A DNA stretch of 64,000 bases, from NCBI GenBank assembly GCA_028826165.1, contig JAPDFW010000033.1, positions 124,001 through 188,000 on the forward strand, written 5' to 3'. The stretch comes from Anaeramoeba ignava BMAN. Taxonomy: Eukaryota > Protista > Anaeramoebae. Positions within the stretch are counted from its first letter, which is position 1, and every line of letters starts with the position of its first letter. A program made the position numbers and the translations under genes. The notes beneath the pieces are model-generated. The model ran no database searches. It was not told the DNA's origin and was given only the letters and a program-made list of their open reading frames with translations. This document shows, one piece after another, positions 41,493 through 53,700 of the stretch.

Positions 41493-44400
41493 TCAATTAT
41501 TGAATTTTAATTTTAATTTTGAAATCTTTTTTAAAAGTAAATCAATTATTGAATTTTCATTTAATTGATAATAATCTTTTAAATCATCAAATTCTTCAAT
41601 AATTTGATTTGTAATTTCTTTTGTTTCTTCTTCTTCTTCTTCAAATTTATCATGATAAAGAAAATAAATTAATTGATGAATTGTTGAAAATGATTTTTGT
41701 GAATAATCATGAACTTGATTTGATGAATCTTGAACATTTAGAAACATTCCTTTAAATAATTCACTTCTTAATATTAATATTAATTTATGAACTTTAATTT
41801 TTTTTTCTTCAATAATTATTTTAAAATCTTTTGTTTCATTTTCTTGATATAATTTTGATAAATCTTTTATTATTCCTTTTCTTCCTTTTTTTGAATTAAT
41901 CCAATTTGAATCAAATCCAATTTCTTTAAAAAATTCTTCAACTTCATTTTCATTTTCATTTAGATTTAGATTTAGATTTTGAATTTTTTTGATTTTGATT
42001 TTGAATTTGATTTTGATTTTGATTTTGATTTGAATTTGATTTTGATTTTGATTTTGATTTTCATTTTGATTTTGATTTAAATTTTGATTTTGATTTTGAT
42101 TTTGATTTTGATTTTGATTTTGATTTTGATTTTCATTTTGATTTTGATTTTGATTTTGATTTTGATTTTGATTTTGATTTAGATTTTGATAAATTTGATG
42201 AAAATTAGGAAATCCAGTATAAAGGAAATTAACAATATTTTCAACATATTCTTTTGATTTTTTTGAACAATTAATAATAAATTTGTTTAAATTTTTAATA
42301 TTATTATCAAATCTTTTTAAAAGAATTAATTTATGAAGATTAAATTTGAAACCATCTTTTGATTGAATTGTGAAATCTGAAAAATTATCATTTGAATTTA
42401 ATAATTGATTCATATCTTGATTAATTGAATAAATTTTCAAAAATAATTCAATTATTTCATTTGTAATTTGATTTTGTTTCAAATCAAAAATATTTGCATC
42501 ATTCATTATCATAAATTCAATTAAATCTTTTCTTTTTTCATCAATTAATATTGAAAGAGCAGTTTGATTATTATTTGTTTTTGAATTAATATAAATTCCT
42601 TTTGAAATTAAATATTGAATAATTTCAAGTGATAAATTTGGATTTTCATTTTGGCAAGCAAAATGTAAAGCAGTTTTATTATCATTTGTTTTGGAATTAA
42701 TATCAATTCCTTTTTCAACTAAATATTTGATAATTTCAATTGGATTTGGATTTTCATTTTGACAAGCATAATGTAAAGCAGTTTGATTATCATTTGTTTT
42801 TGAATTAATATCAATTCCTTTTGAAATTAAATATTTAATAATTTCAAGTGAATTTGGATTTTCATTTTGGCAAGCATAATGTAAAGCAGTTTTATTATTA
42901 TTTGTTTTTGAATTAATATCAATTCCTTTTGAAATTAAATATTGAATAATTTCAAGTGATAAATTTGGATTTTCATTTTGGCAAGCATAATGTAAAGCAG
43001 TTTGATTATCATTTGTTTTTGAATTAATATCAATTCCTTTTTCAACTAAATATTTAATAATTTCAAATGGTGAATTAAACGTAAAAGCATAATGTAAAGC
43101 TGTTTCATTATAAATTGTTTTTGAATTAATATCAATTCCTTTGGAAATTAAATATTTGATAATTTTAATTGATGAATTATATCTACAAACATAATGTAAA
43201 GCTGTTTCATTATAAATTGTTTTTGAATTAATATCAATTCCTTTTTCAACTAAATATTTAATAATTTCAAGCGATGAATTATATCTACAAGCATAATGTA
43301 AAAGTGTTTCATTATCATTTGTTTTTGAATTAATATCAATTCCTTTTGAAATTAAATATTCAATAATTTCAAATGATGAATTTGGATTTTTATTTTCGCA
43401 AGCATAATGTAAAGCTGTTTTATTATCTTTTGTTTTTGAATTAATATCAATTCCTTTTGAAATTAAATATTTGATAATTTCAAGTAAATTTGGATTTTTA
43501 TTTTTACATATAAGATGTAAAGAATTTTCATTATCATTTGTTTTTGAATTAATATCAATTCCTTTTGAAATTAAATATTCAATAATTTCAAGTGATGAAT
43601 ATTTGCAAGCATAATGTAAAACGGTTATATTATCATTTGTTTTTGAATTAATATCAATTCCTTTTGAAATTAAATATTTGATAATTTCAAATGATAAATT
43701 TGGATTTTTATTTAAGCAAGCATAATGTAAGGCATTTACATTATAAATTGTTTTTGAATTAATATCAATTCCTTTTAAAATTAAATATTGAATAATTTCG
43801 AGTGATGAATTTGGATTTTGGCAAGCTAAATGTAAAGCGATTCTATTTTCATTTGTTTTTGAATTAATATCAATTCCTTTTGAAATTAAATATTTAATAA
43901 TTTCAAATGATAAATTTGGATTTTCATTTTGGCAAGCATAATGTAAAGCAGTTTCATTATCATCTGTTTTTGAATTAATATCAATTCCTTTTTCAATTAA
44001 ATATTGAATAATTTCAAGTGATGGATTATATTTGCAAAAATAATGTAAAACAGTTTCATTATCATCTGTTTTTGAATTAATATCAATTCCTTTTGAAATT
44101 AAATATTTAATAATTTCAAATGAATTTGGATTTTTATTTAAGCAAGCATAATGTAAAGATGTTTCATTATAAATTGTTTTTGAATTAATATCAATTCCTT
44201 TTGAAATTAAATATTCAATAATTTCAAGTGAATTTGGATTTTTATTTAAGCAAGCATAATGTAAAGATGTTTCATTTGAATTTGTTTTTGAATTAATATT
44301 AATTCCTTTTGAAATTAAATATTCAATAATTTCAAGTGATGGATTATACATAAAAGCATAATGTAAAGCAGTTTGATTATAAATTGTTTTTGAATTAATA

Positions 44401-45443
44401 TCAATTCCTTTGGAAATTAAATATTGAATAATTTCAAGTGATGAATTATACATAAAAGCATAATGTAAAACAGTTTCATTGTTATTTGTTTTTGAATTAA
44501 TATCAATTCCTTTTGAAATTAAATATTGAATAATTTCAAGTGATGAATTATATTTGCAAATAAGATGTAAAGATGTTTCATTATCTTTTGTTTTTGAATT
44601 AATATTAATTCCTTTTGAAATTAAATATTTAATAATTTCAAGTGAATTTGGATTTTTATTTAAACAAACATAATGTAAAGCAGTTTCATTATCTTTTGTT
44701 TTTGAATTAATATCAATTCCTTTGGAAATTAAATATTCAATAATTTCAAGTGATGAATTGTATCTGCAAGCATAATGTAAAACAGTTTGATTATAAATTG
44801 TTTTTGAATTAATATCAATTCCTTTTGAAATTAAATATTTGATAATTTCAAGTGATGGATTATATCTACAAACATAATGTAAAACAGTTTGATTGTTATT
44901 TGTTTTTGAATTAATATCAATTCCATTTTCAACTAAATATTTAATAATTTCAAGTGAATTTGGATTTTTATTTAAACAAACATAATGTAAAGCAGTTTCA
45001 TTATCTTTTGTTTTTGAATTAATATCAATTCCTTTTGAAATTAAATATTCAATAATTTCAAGTGATGAATTATACATAAAAGCATAATGTAAAACAGTTT
45101 GATTGTTATTTGTTTTTGAATTAATATCAATTCCTTTTGAAATTAAATATTTGATAATTTCAAGTGATGGATTATATCTACAAACATAATGTAAAACTGT
45201 TTCATTATAAATTGTTTTTGAATTAATATCAATTCCATTTTCAACTAAATATTTAATAATTTCAAGTGATGAATTGTTTATAATTGAAATATGAAGTAAA
45301 TTTCTTCCTAATTTATCTGTTAATTTTGGATTTGCTCCTTTTGAAATTAATTCTTCAATTATTTCTTTTGAAACTTGTTTTTCGATTGCAAAATGTAAAA
45401 TTAGTTCATTTTCTTTTATTAATTCAGTATTATTTTTGTTCAT
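41493..45443 (-). CDS. Ankyrin-repeat (about 28 repeats) + tandem BTB protein, intronless, open frame
   Basis: 1316-aa ORF of SKGIDINSKT...LHYAC repeats followed by two BTB domains. Confidence 0.93.
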   Translation of the reverse strand: MNKNNTELIKENELILHFAIEKQVSKEIIEELISKGANPKLTDKLGRNLLHISIINNSSLEIIKYLVENGIDINSKTIYNETVLHYVCRYNPSLEIIKYLISKGIDINSKTNNNQTVLHYAFMYNSSLEIIEYLISKGIDINSKTKDNETALHYVCLNKNPNSLEIIKYLVENGIDINSKTNNNQTVLHYVCRYNPSLEIIKYLISKGIDINSKTIYNQTVLHYACRYNSSLEIIEYLISKGIDINSKTKDNETALHYVCLNKNPNSLEIIKYLISKGININSKTKDNETSLHLICKYNSSLEIIQYLISKGIDINSKTNNNETVLHYAFMYNSSLEIIQYLISKGIDINSKTIYNQTALHYAFMYNPSLEIIEYLISKGININSKTNSNETSLHYACLNKNPNSLEIIEYLISKGIDINSKTIYNETSLHYACLNKNPNSFEIIKYLISKGIDINSKTDDNETVLHYFCKYNPSLEIIQYLIEKGIDINSKTDDNETALHYACQNENPNLSFEIIKYLISKGIDINSKTNENRIALHLACQNPNSSLEIIQYLILKGIDINSKTIYNVNALHYACLNKNPNLSFEIIKYLISKGIDINSKTNDNITVLHYACKYSSLEIIEYLISKGIDINSKTNDNENSLHLICKNKNPNLLEIIKYLISKGIDINSKTKDNKTALHYACENKNPNSSFEIIEYLISKGIDINSKTNDNETLLHYACRYNSSLEIIKYLVEKGIDINSKTIYNETALHYVCRYNSSIKIIKYLISKGIDINSKTIYNETALHYAFTFNSPFEIIKYLVEKGIDINSKTNDNQTALHYACQNENPNLSLEIIQYLISKGIDINSKTNNNKTALHYACQNENPNSLEIIKYLISKGIDINSKTNDNQTALHYACQNENPNPIEIIKYLVEKGIDINSKTNDNKTALHFACQNENPNLSLEIIQYLISKGIYINSKTNNNQTALSILIDEKRKDLIEFMIMNDANIFDLKQNQITNEIIELFLKIYSINQDMNQLLNSNDNFSDFTIQSKDGFKFNLHKLILLKRFDNNIKNLNKFIINCSKKSKEYVENIVNFLYTGFPNFHQIYQNLNQNQNQNQNQNQNQNENQNQNQNQNQNQNQNQNLNQNQNENQNQNQNQIQIKIKIKIKFKIKIKKIQNLNLNLNENENEVEEFFKEIGFDSNWINSKKGRKGIIKDLSKLYQENETKDFKIIIEEKKIKVHKLILILRSELFKGMFLNVQDSSNQVHDYSQKSFSTIHQLIYFLYHDKFEEEEEETKEITNQIIEEFDDLKDYYQLNENSIIDLLLKKISKLKLKFNN

Positions 45444-45529
45444 TTTTAAATTTAAAAAAAAAATGAAAAACTTTTTTCTTTTTTTTTTTTTTCTTCATTT
45501 TTTTTCCAACACATTCTCATTTTATAATA

Positions 45530-47430
45530 ATGAGTTTTATAATAAAAAGAAAATTTTCAGTTTCACTTGCATCAAGAATTGGAAGAAAAAGTTTACTTTC
45601 TAAAGTTTGCAAACCAGAAGATACAATAAAATTTTTTGAAGATGGACAAGCACTTGGCTGGTCTGGGTAAGATATTTTTATTTAATTTATATAAAAGGAG
45701 AAAAAAAATTAAAATAAAAAATTTTTGCTTGTTCAATTTTTATTTATTAAATTTTTTATTTGAATTAAATAAGATTTACACCTGTTGGTTATCCAAAAGT
45801 AGTTCCAGTTACTGTTGCAGATTATGTTGAAAAAACTGGAAAAAAAGTAAATAAAACGAAAAAACAATTTTAAATCTTATTTAAAAAAAAAATTTTTTTT
45901 TTTGCTTTTTTTTTTTAAAAAAAGATGAAATTTGATTTGTTTATTGGAGCTTCAGTTGGAGCTGAAACTGAAGATAGATGGGCAAAACTTGATATGATTA
46001 ATAGAAGATGGCCTTATCAAACTGGAAAGAATATTGCAAATGGAATTAATACAGGAAAAATTCAAATGGGAGATATCCATTTATGTAATTATGCGTCCAA
46101 TTTGAAATTTGGATTTTTCACAAAAGAAAAAAAAGGAAAACTTGATATTGGGATTGTTGAAGTTACAGATATTCTTCCAGATGGTGGATTAGTTCTTGCA
46201 GGGTCTGTTGGAGCAGTTCCTGAACTTTGTGATATTTCCGAAGTAAAAAATTTAAAAAAAATTCAAAAAATTCAAAAACATGAAATTTAAAAAAAATATC
46301 CAAAAAAATATTAATAACACGAAATTTATAAAAATTCATAAAAATTTAAAAAAAATATTTAAAATAATTTTAATAAATAGAAACTCATTATCGAATTAAA
46401 CACTTCAATGCCTTCCTATCTCGGTCTTCATGATATCCCACCTGATGAAATTCCTCCAAATAGAAAACCTTATTTAATTACAAGAGTAGACGATAGAATC
46501 GGAACATTTCATGTTCCAATTGATCCTGAAAAAATTGTAGCGATAGTGGAATCAACAAAGCCAGATAACGGAAGACCATTGTCACCTCCAGATGAAGTAT
46601 CAGAAAAAATTGCACAAAACATTCTCGATTTTTTGGAAAACGAAGTACATGCAGGAAGAGTGCCAAAAAATTTGCTTCCTTTACAATCAGGTGTTGGAAA
46701 CATTGCGAATGCAGTTGTGGCAGGATTAGCCAAAGGACAGTTCAAAAATGTTAAGGTTTGGACTGAAGTTCTGCAGGACACAATGCTCGACTTTTTTGAT
46801 ACAGGAAAATTAGATTTTGCAACAGCAACAGCACTTACTTTATCAACAGAAGGATTTGAGCGACTTTATAAGAATTGGGATGAATACACCAAAAAAATCT
46901 GTTTAAGACCACAACAAATCACAAACAACGCAGAAATGATAAGAAGAATGGGAGTGATTGGGATGAATACACCAGTCGAGGTTGACATCTACGGACATGC
47001 CAATTCAACGCTTATTGGCGGAACAAGAATGATTAACGGATTGGGCGGATCAAATGATTTCTTAAGAAACTGTTATATCTCAATGATGCATTTCCCGTCA
47101 GTTAGACCAACCAAAAAAGACCCAACTGGTATCACTTGTGTTGTTCCTATGGCTCCTCATATTGACCATACTGAACATGATTTGGATGTTCTTGTTACTG
47201 AACAAGGTCTTGCTGATCTTAGAGGTCTTGCCCCAAGACAAAGAGCTATTGAAATTATCAATAAATGTGCTCATCCGGATTATAAACCTATTTTGACTGA
47301 TTACTTTAATACTTCTTATCAACATTGTTTGAAACAAAAGGCTGCTCATGAACCTCAAATTCTTTCGAAAGCTTATAAAATGCAAGAATATTTGGAGAAA
47401 AATGGAACAATGAAAGTTGATAAATGGTAA
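45530..47430 (+). CDS. Acetate:succinate CoA-transferase / acetyl-CoA hydrolase (Ach1-like, ASCT 1C-type) with organellar leader; 4 exons
   Basis: [80 protein letters not shown]; leader [10 protein letters not shown]. Confidence 0.95.
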
Positions 47431-47704
47431 TTTAACACAAAAACAAGACAACAAAACAAAAAAAAACCAAAAACAAGACAACAAAAAGAAAAACGGAAAT
47501 TCCACTTTTTTTTGCTTTTCCAAAAAAAATTTTTTCTTTCTTTTTCTTTTTCTTTTTTTCAATAATTTTTTTAAAAAGAATAAAGAAAAAAACAAAAACA
47601 AAAACAAAAACTTTATTAATTTTTAACTCATTTCAAATTGAGTTGTTTTTTGTTTTTTATTAAGATTTGGGAAAAATTTTTTAAAAAAAAGAAAAAAAAG
47701 AAAT

Positions 47705-50700
47705 TTAATTGATGAGAACAGATTTGTCATTCTTATTCTCATCATTTTCATCATTTTCATCATTTTCATCATCAATAGATGAAAAGCTTTTATAACCATG
47801 TCTTTGTTTTTTACGATGAAGAACAATAACGATGATAATAGCAGCAACAAAGACTAAAGAACCCACAACAATTCCTGAAACAGCACCTGCACTAAGTTTT
47901 TTAGAAGATGAACCAGTACTTGGATTTGGATTTGGTGTTGGTGTTGGTGTTGTTTTTTCACAACTTGAATCTGGTCCGTATTTCCAAATTATACAGGTGT
48001 AATTGTCTGGTTTTTGTTGATTTCCATGATAACAAGTTTGATCATCCATACACCATCCGCAACTTCGATCAGCGTAATGTTCTAAACAAGTATCACAATT
48101 GTTATAATTTGCTTGGCATTCATCAACAGGGACTATTTTGATTTTTAATTTTAATTTTAATTTTATTTCAATTTTATTTCAATTTTATTTCAATTTAATT
48201 TCAATTTTATTTCAATTTCAATTTATTCCAATTTATTTCATTTTATTTCAATTTATTTCATTTTATTTCAATTTATTTCATTTTATTTCATTTTATTTCA
48301 AATTATTCCAATTTATTTCAATTTATTTCAATTTATTTCATTTCATTTCAATTTATTCCAATTTTATTTCAATTTATTTTATTTCATTTTATTCCAATCT
48401 CCTTCATTTTATTTCATTTTATTTCAATTTTATTTCAAATTATTTTAATTTATTTCAATTTATTTCATTTTATTTCAAATTATATAATTTATTTCAATTT
48501 TATAATTTAATTCAAAATTAATTCAATTTATTTCAATTTATTTCAATTTATTTCATTTTATTTCAATTTATTTCATTTCATTTCATTTCATTTCATTTCA
48601 TTTCATTTCATTTTATTTCATTTTATTTCATTTCAATTTATTTCATTTTATTTCAAATTATTTCAATTTTATTTCATTTTATTTCAATTTATTTCTATTT
48701 ATTTTATTTTATTTCATTTTTATTTTATTTTATTTCAAATTTATTCCAATTTATTTCAATTTTATTTCAATTTATTTCAATTTATTTCAATTCATTTTAA
48801 TTTATTTCATTTTATTTCATTTTATTTTATTTCAATTTATTTCAATTTATTTCAATTTATTTCAATTTATTTCAATTTATTTCTATTTATTTCATTTTAT
48901 TCCAATTTTATTTCATTTTATTTCAATTTTATTTCAATTTATTTCAATTTATTTCAATTTTATTTCAATTTATTTCATTTCATTTTATTTCATTTTATTT
49001 CATTTTATTTCATTTTATTTCAATTTATTCCAATTTTTATTTCAATTTATTCCAATTTATTTCAAATTATTTCAATTTTATTTCAATTTTATTTCATTTT
49101 ATTTCATTTTATTTCATTTTTATTTCAATTTATTTCAATTTATTTCAATTTATTTCATTTTATTTCTATTTATTTCAATTCCAATTTATTTCATTTTATT
49201 TCAATTTATTTCATTTTATTTCAATTTATTTCATTTTATTTCAATTTATTTCATTTTATTTCAATTTATTTCATTTTATTTCATTTTATTTCATTTAATT
49301 TCAATTTATTCCAATTCATTTCAATTTATTTCATTTTATTTCAAAATTATATACAAGGTGTTGGTGTTGGAGAAGGAGAAGGTGTTGGAGTAGGAGAAGG
49401 AGTTGGAGGAGGAGGTCCTGAACAATTTGCTGTTGGTCCATAATACCAATCTTGTTGTGAACATGTTCCATTTGTTGGTCCAGTATAATTTCCAGATAAA
49501 CAATGTCTTCCATCTGTTTCATTAGCACACCATCCACATTGTCTATCAGCATAATGAGTTAAACATAATTCGCATGTATCATAAAAATCACATTCTATTT
49601 ATATGTTTATATATATTTGAATATTTATTTATTTATTTATATTTATTTATATTTAAATATTTATTTATTTGAATATTTATATATTTATTTATATATTTGA
49701 GTATTTATATATTTATATATTTTTTTCAATTAATAAATTAATGAAAACAAACCCCAAAGTTGACAATCAGCATCTGGTCCATATTTCCAAAATTTATCTC
49801 CACAATAATTTCCATTATCAGGTCCTGTTTGATTTCCATGATAGCATTGATTTGTTGCAAAACACCATCCACAACTTCTATCAGCATAATGTTCTAAACA
49901 AGAACTACAATCATTATAATTTGCTTGACATTCATCAACAGGGACTATATTGATTTATAATTTTAATTTTAATTTTAATTTTAATTTTAATTTTAATTTT
50001 AATATTAATTTTAATTTTAATTTTAATTTTAAATTTTAATTTTAATTTTAATTTTAAATTTTAATTTTAAATTTTAATTTTAATTTTAATTTTAATTTTA
50101 ATTTTAATTTTAATTTTAATTTTTAATTTTAATATTAATTTTAATTTCAATTTCAATTTTAATTTTAATTTTAATTAAAATTAAAAATTATATACAAGGT
50201 GTTGGTGTTGGAGAAGGAGAAGGTGTTGGAGTTGGAGAAGGAGTTGGAGGAGGAGGTCCTGAACAATTTGCTGTTGGTCCATAATACCAATTTTGTTGTG
50301 AACATGTTCCATTTGTTGGTCCAGGATAATTTCCAGATAAACAATGTCTTCCATCTGTTTCATCAACACACCATCCACATTGTCTATCAACATAATGAGT
50401 TAAGCATAATTCGCATGTATCATAAAAATCACATTCTATTTATATATTTATTTATTTAATTGAATATTTATTTATATATTTATTTATATTTGAGTATTTA
50501 TTCAATATTTATTTATTTAATTGAATATTTGAATATTTATTTATATTTGAATATTTATTTATTTAAATATTTATTTTATTGAATATTTAAATATTTATTT
50601 ATATTTGAATATTTATTTATATTTATATATTTGAATATTTATTTATTTTTTTCAATTAATAAATTAATGAAAACAAACCCCAAAGTTGACAATCAGCATC

Positions 50701-53700
50701 TGGTCCATATTTCCAAAATCCTGTACTACATGTTGCATTATTAGGTCCTGTTTGATTTCCATTATAACAAGTTTGATCGGAAATACACCATCCACAACTT
50801 CTATCAGCATAATGTTCTAAACAAGAACTACAATCATTATAATTTGCTTGACATTCATCAACAGGGACTATATTGATTTATAATTTTAATATTAATTTTA
50901 ATTTTAATTTTAATTTTAATTTTAATTTTGATTTTAATTTAAATTTTAATATTAATTTTAATTTTAATTTTAATTTTGATTTTAATTTTAATTTTAATTT
51001 TGATTTTAATTTTAATTTTTAATTTTAATTTTAATTTTAAATTCAATTTTAATTTTAATTTTAATTTTAATTTTAATTTAAATTTTAATATTAATATTGA
51101 TTTTAATTTTGATTTTAATTTTAATATTAATTTTAATTTCAATTTTAATTTTAATTTTAATTTTAATATTAATTTTAATTTTAATTTTAATTTTAATTTT
51201 AATATTGATTTTAATTTCAATTTTAATTTTAATTTCAATTTTAATTTTAATTTTAATTTTAAATTTAATTAAAAATTATATACAAGGTGTTGGTGTTGGA
51301 GAAGGAGAAGGTGTTGGAGTAGGAGAAGGAGTTGGAGGAGGAGGTCCTGAACAATTTGCTGTTGGTCCATAATACCAATCTTGTTGTGAACATGTTCCAT
51401 TTGTTGGTCCAGTATAATTTCCAGATAAACAATTTCTTCCATTTGTTTCATCAACACACCATCCACATTGTCTATCAACATAATGAGTTAAGCATAATTC
51501 GCATGTATCATAAAAATCACATTCTATTTATATATTTATTTGTTTAATTGAATATTTATTTATATATTTATTTATATTTGAGTATTTATTCAATATTTAT
51601 TTATTTAATTGAATATTTATTTGATATATTTATTTATATATTTATTTATATTTGAATATTTATTTATATTTGAATATTTATTTATTTAAATATATATTTA
51701 TTTGAATATTTATTTATATTTGAATATTTATTTATTTAATTGAATATTTATTTGATATATTTATTTAATTGAATATATATTTATTTAATTTAATATTTAT
51801 TTAATTGAATATATATTTATTTAATTTAATATTTATTTATATTTGAATATTTATTTATTAAATATTTATTTAATTTAATATTTATTTATTAAATATTTAT
51901 TTTTTTGAATATTTATTTATTTTTTTCAATTAATAAATTAATGAAAACAAACCCCAAAGTTGACAATCAGCATCTGGTCCATATTTCCAAAATCCTGTAC
52001 TACATGTTGCATTATTAGGTCCTGTTTGATTTCCTTGATAGCATTGATTTGTTGCAAAACACCATCCACAACTTCGATCAGCATAATGTTGTAAACAAGA
52101 ACTACAATCATTATAATTTGCTTGACATTCATCACCAGGGACTATATTGATTTATAATTTTAATTTTAATTTTAATTATAATTTTAATTTTAATTTTAAT
52201 TTTGATTTTAATTTAAATTTTAATTTTAATTTTAATTTTAATATTAATTTTAATTTTAATTTTAATTTTAATTTTGATTTTAATTTTAATTTTAATTTTA
52301 ATTTTAATTATAATTTTAATATTAATATTGATTTTAATTTTGATTTTAATTTTAATATTAATTTTAATTTTAATTTTAATTTTAATTTAAATTTTAATTT
52401 TAATTTTAATTTAAAATTTAATTTTAATTTTAATTTTAATTTTAATTTTAATTTTGATTTTAATTTTAATTTTAATTTTAATTTTAATTTTAAATTTAAT
52501 TAAAAATTATATACAAGGTGTTGGTGTTGGAGAAGGAGAAGGTGTTGGAGTAGGAGTAGGTGTTGGAGGAGGTGGATTTGAACAATTTGCTGTTGGTCCA
52601 TAATACCAATCTTGTTGTGAACATGTTCCATTTGTTGGTCCAGTATAATTTCCAGATAAACAATTTCTTCCATTTGATTCATCAACACACCATCCACATT
52701 GTCTATCAACATAATGAGTTAAGCATAATTCGCATGTATCATAAAAATCACATTCTATTTATATGTTTATATATATTTGAATATTTATTTAATATATTTA
52801 TTTTATTGAATATTTATTTATTTAAATATTTATATATTTAAATATTTATTAAATATTTATTTATTTAATAAATATATTTATTTAATTGATATATTTAATA
52901 TTTATTTAATTGATATATTAAATATTTATTTAATTGATATATTAAATATTTATTTATTTGAATATTTAATATATTTAATTGATATATTTATTTAATTGAT
53001 ATATTTATTTATTTTTTTCAATTAATAAATTAATGAAAACAAACCCCAAATTTGACAATCAGCATCTGGTCCATATTTCCAATATCCTGTACTACATGTT
53101 GCATTATTAGGTCCTGTTTGATTTCCATTATAACAAGTTTGATCGGAAATACACCATCCACAATTATCAGAATAATGTTCTAAACAAGAACTACAATCAG
53201 TATAATTTGTTTGACATTCATCAACTACAAATTAAAATTAAAATTAAAATTAAAATTAAAATTAAAATTAATATCAAAATCAAAATCAAAATCAAAATCA
53301 AAATCAAAATCAAAATCAAAATCAAAATCAAAATCAAAATTAAAATTAAAATTAAAATTAAAATCAAAATAAAAATTTAAATTAAAATCAATATTAAAAT
53401 TAAAATTAAAATTAATATTAAAATTAAAATTGGAATTAAAATTAAAATTAAAATTAAAAATTAAAATTAAAATTAATATTAAAATCAAAATTAAAATTAA
53501 TATTAAAATCAAAATTAAAATTAAAATTAAAATTTAAATTAAAATTAAAATCAAAATTAAAATTAAAATTAAAATTAAAATCAATATTAAAATTAATATT
53601 AAAATTAAAATTAAAATTAAAATTAATATTAAAATTAATATTAAAATTAATATTAAAATTAAAATTAATATTAAAATTAAAATTAATATTAAAATTAAAA

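Noticed and set aside
34787-45443. CRISPR-like appearance of about 100-bp periodic repeats with variable parts
   Set aside because: These are in-frame ankyrin coding repeats; the variable parts recur and no cas genes are present
46478-47626. Antisense and overlapping ORFs across ASCT
   Set aside because: Shadow frames of a conserved gene with no recognisable motifs
49331-52841. Repeated MLIDNVDG... and MEEEVLNN... ORFs as a small gene family
   Set aside because: They are wrong-frame or antisense readings of the duplicated PSI exons
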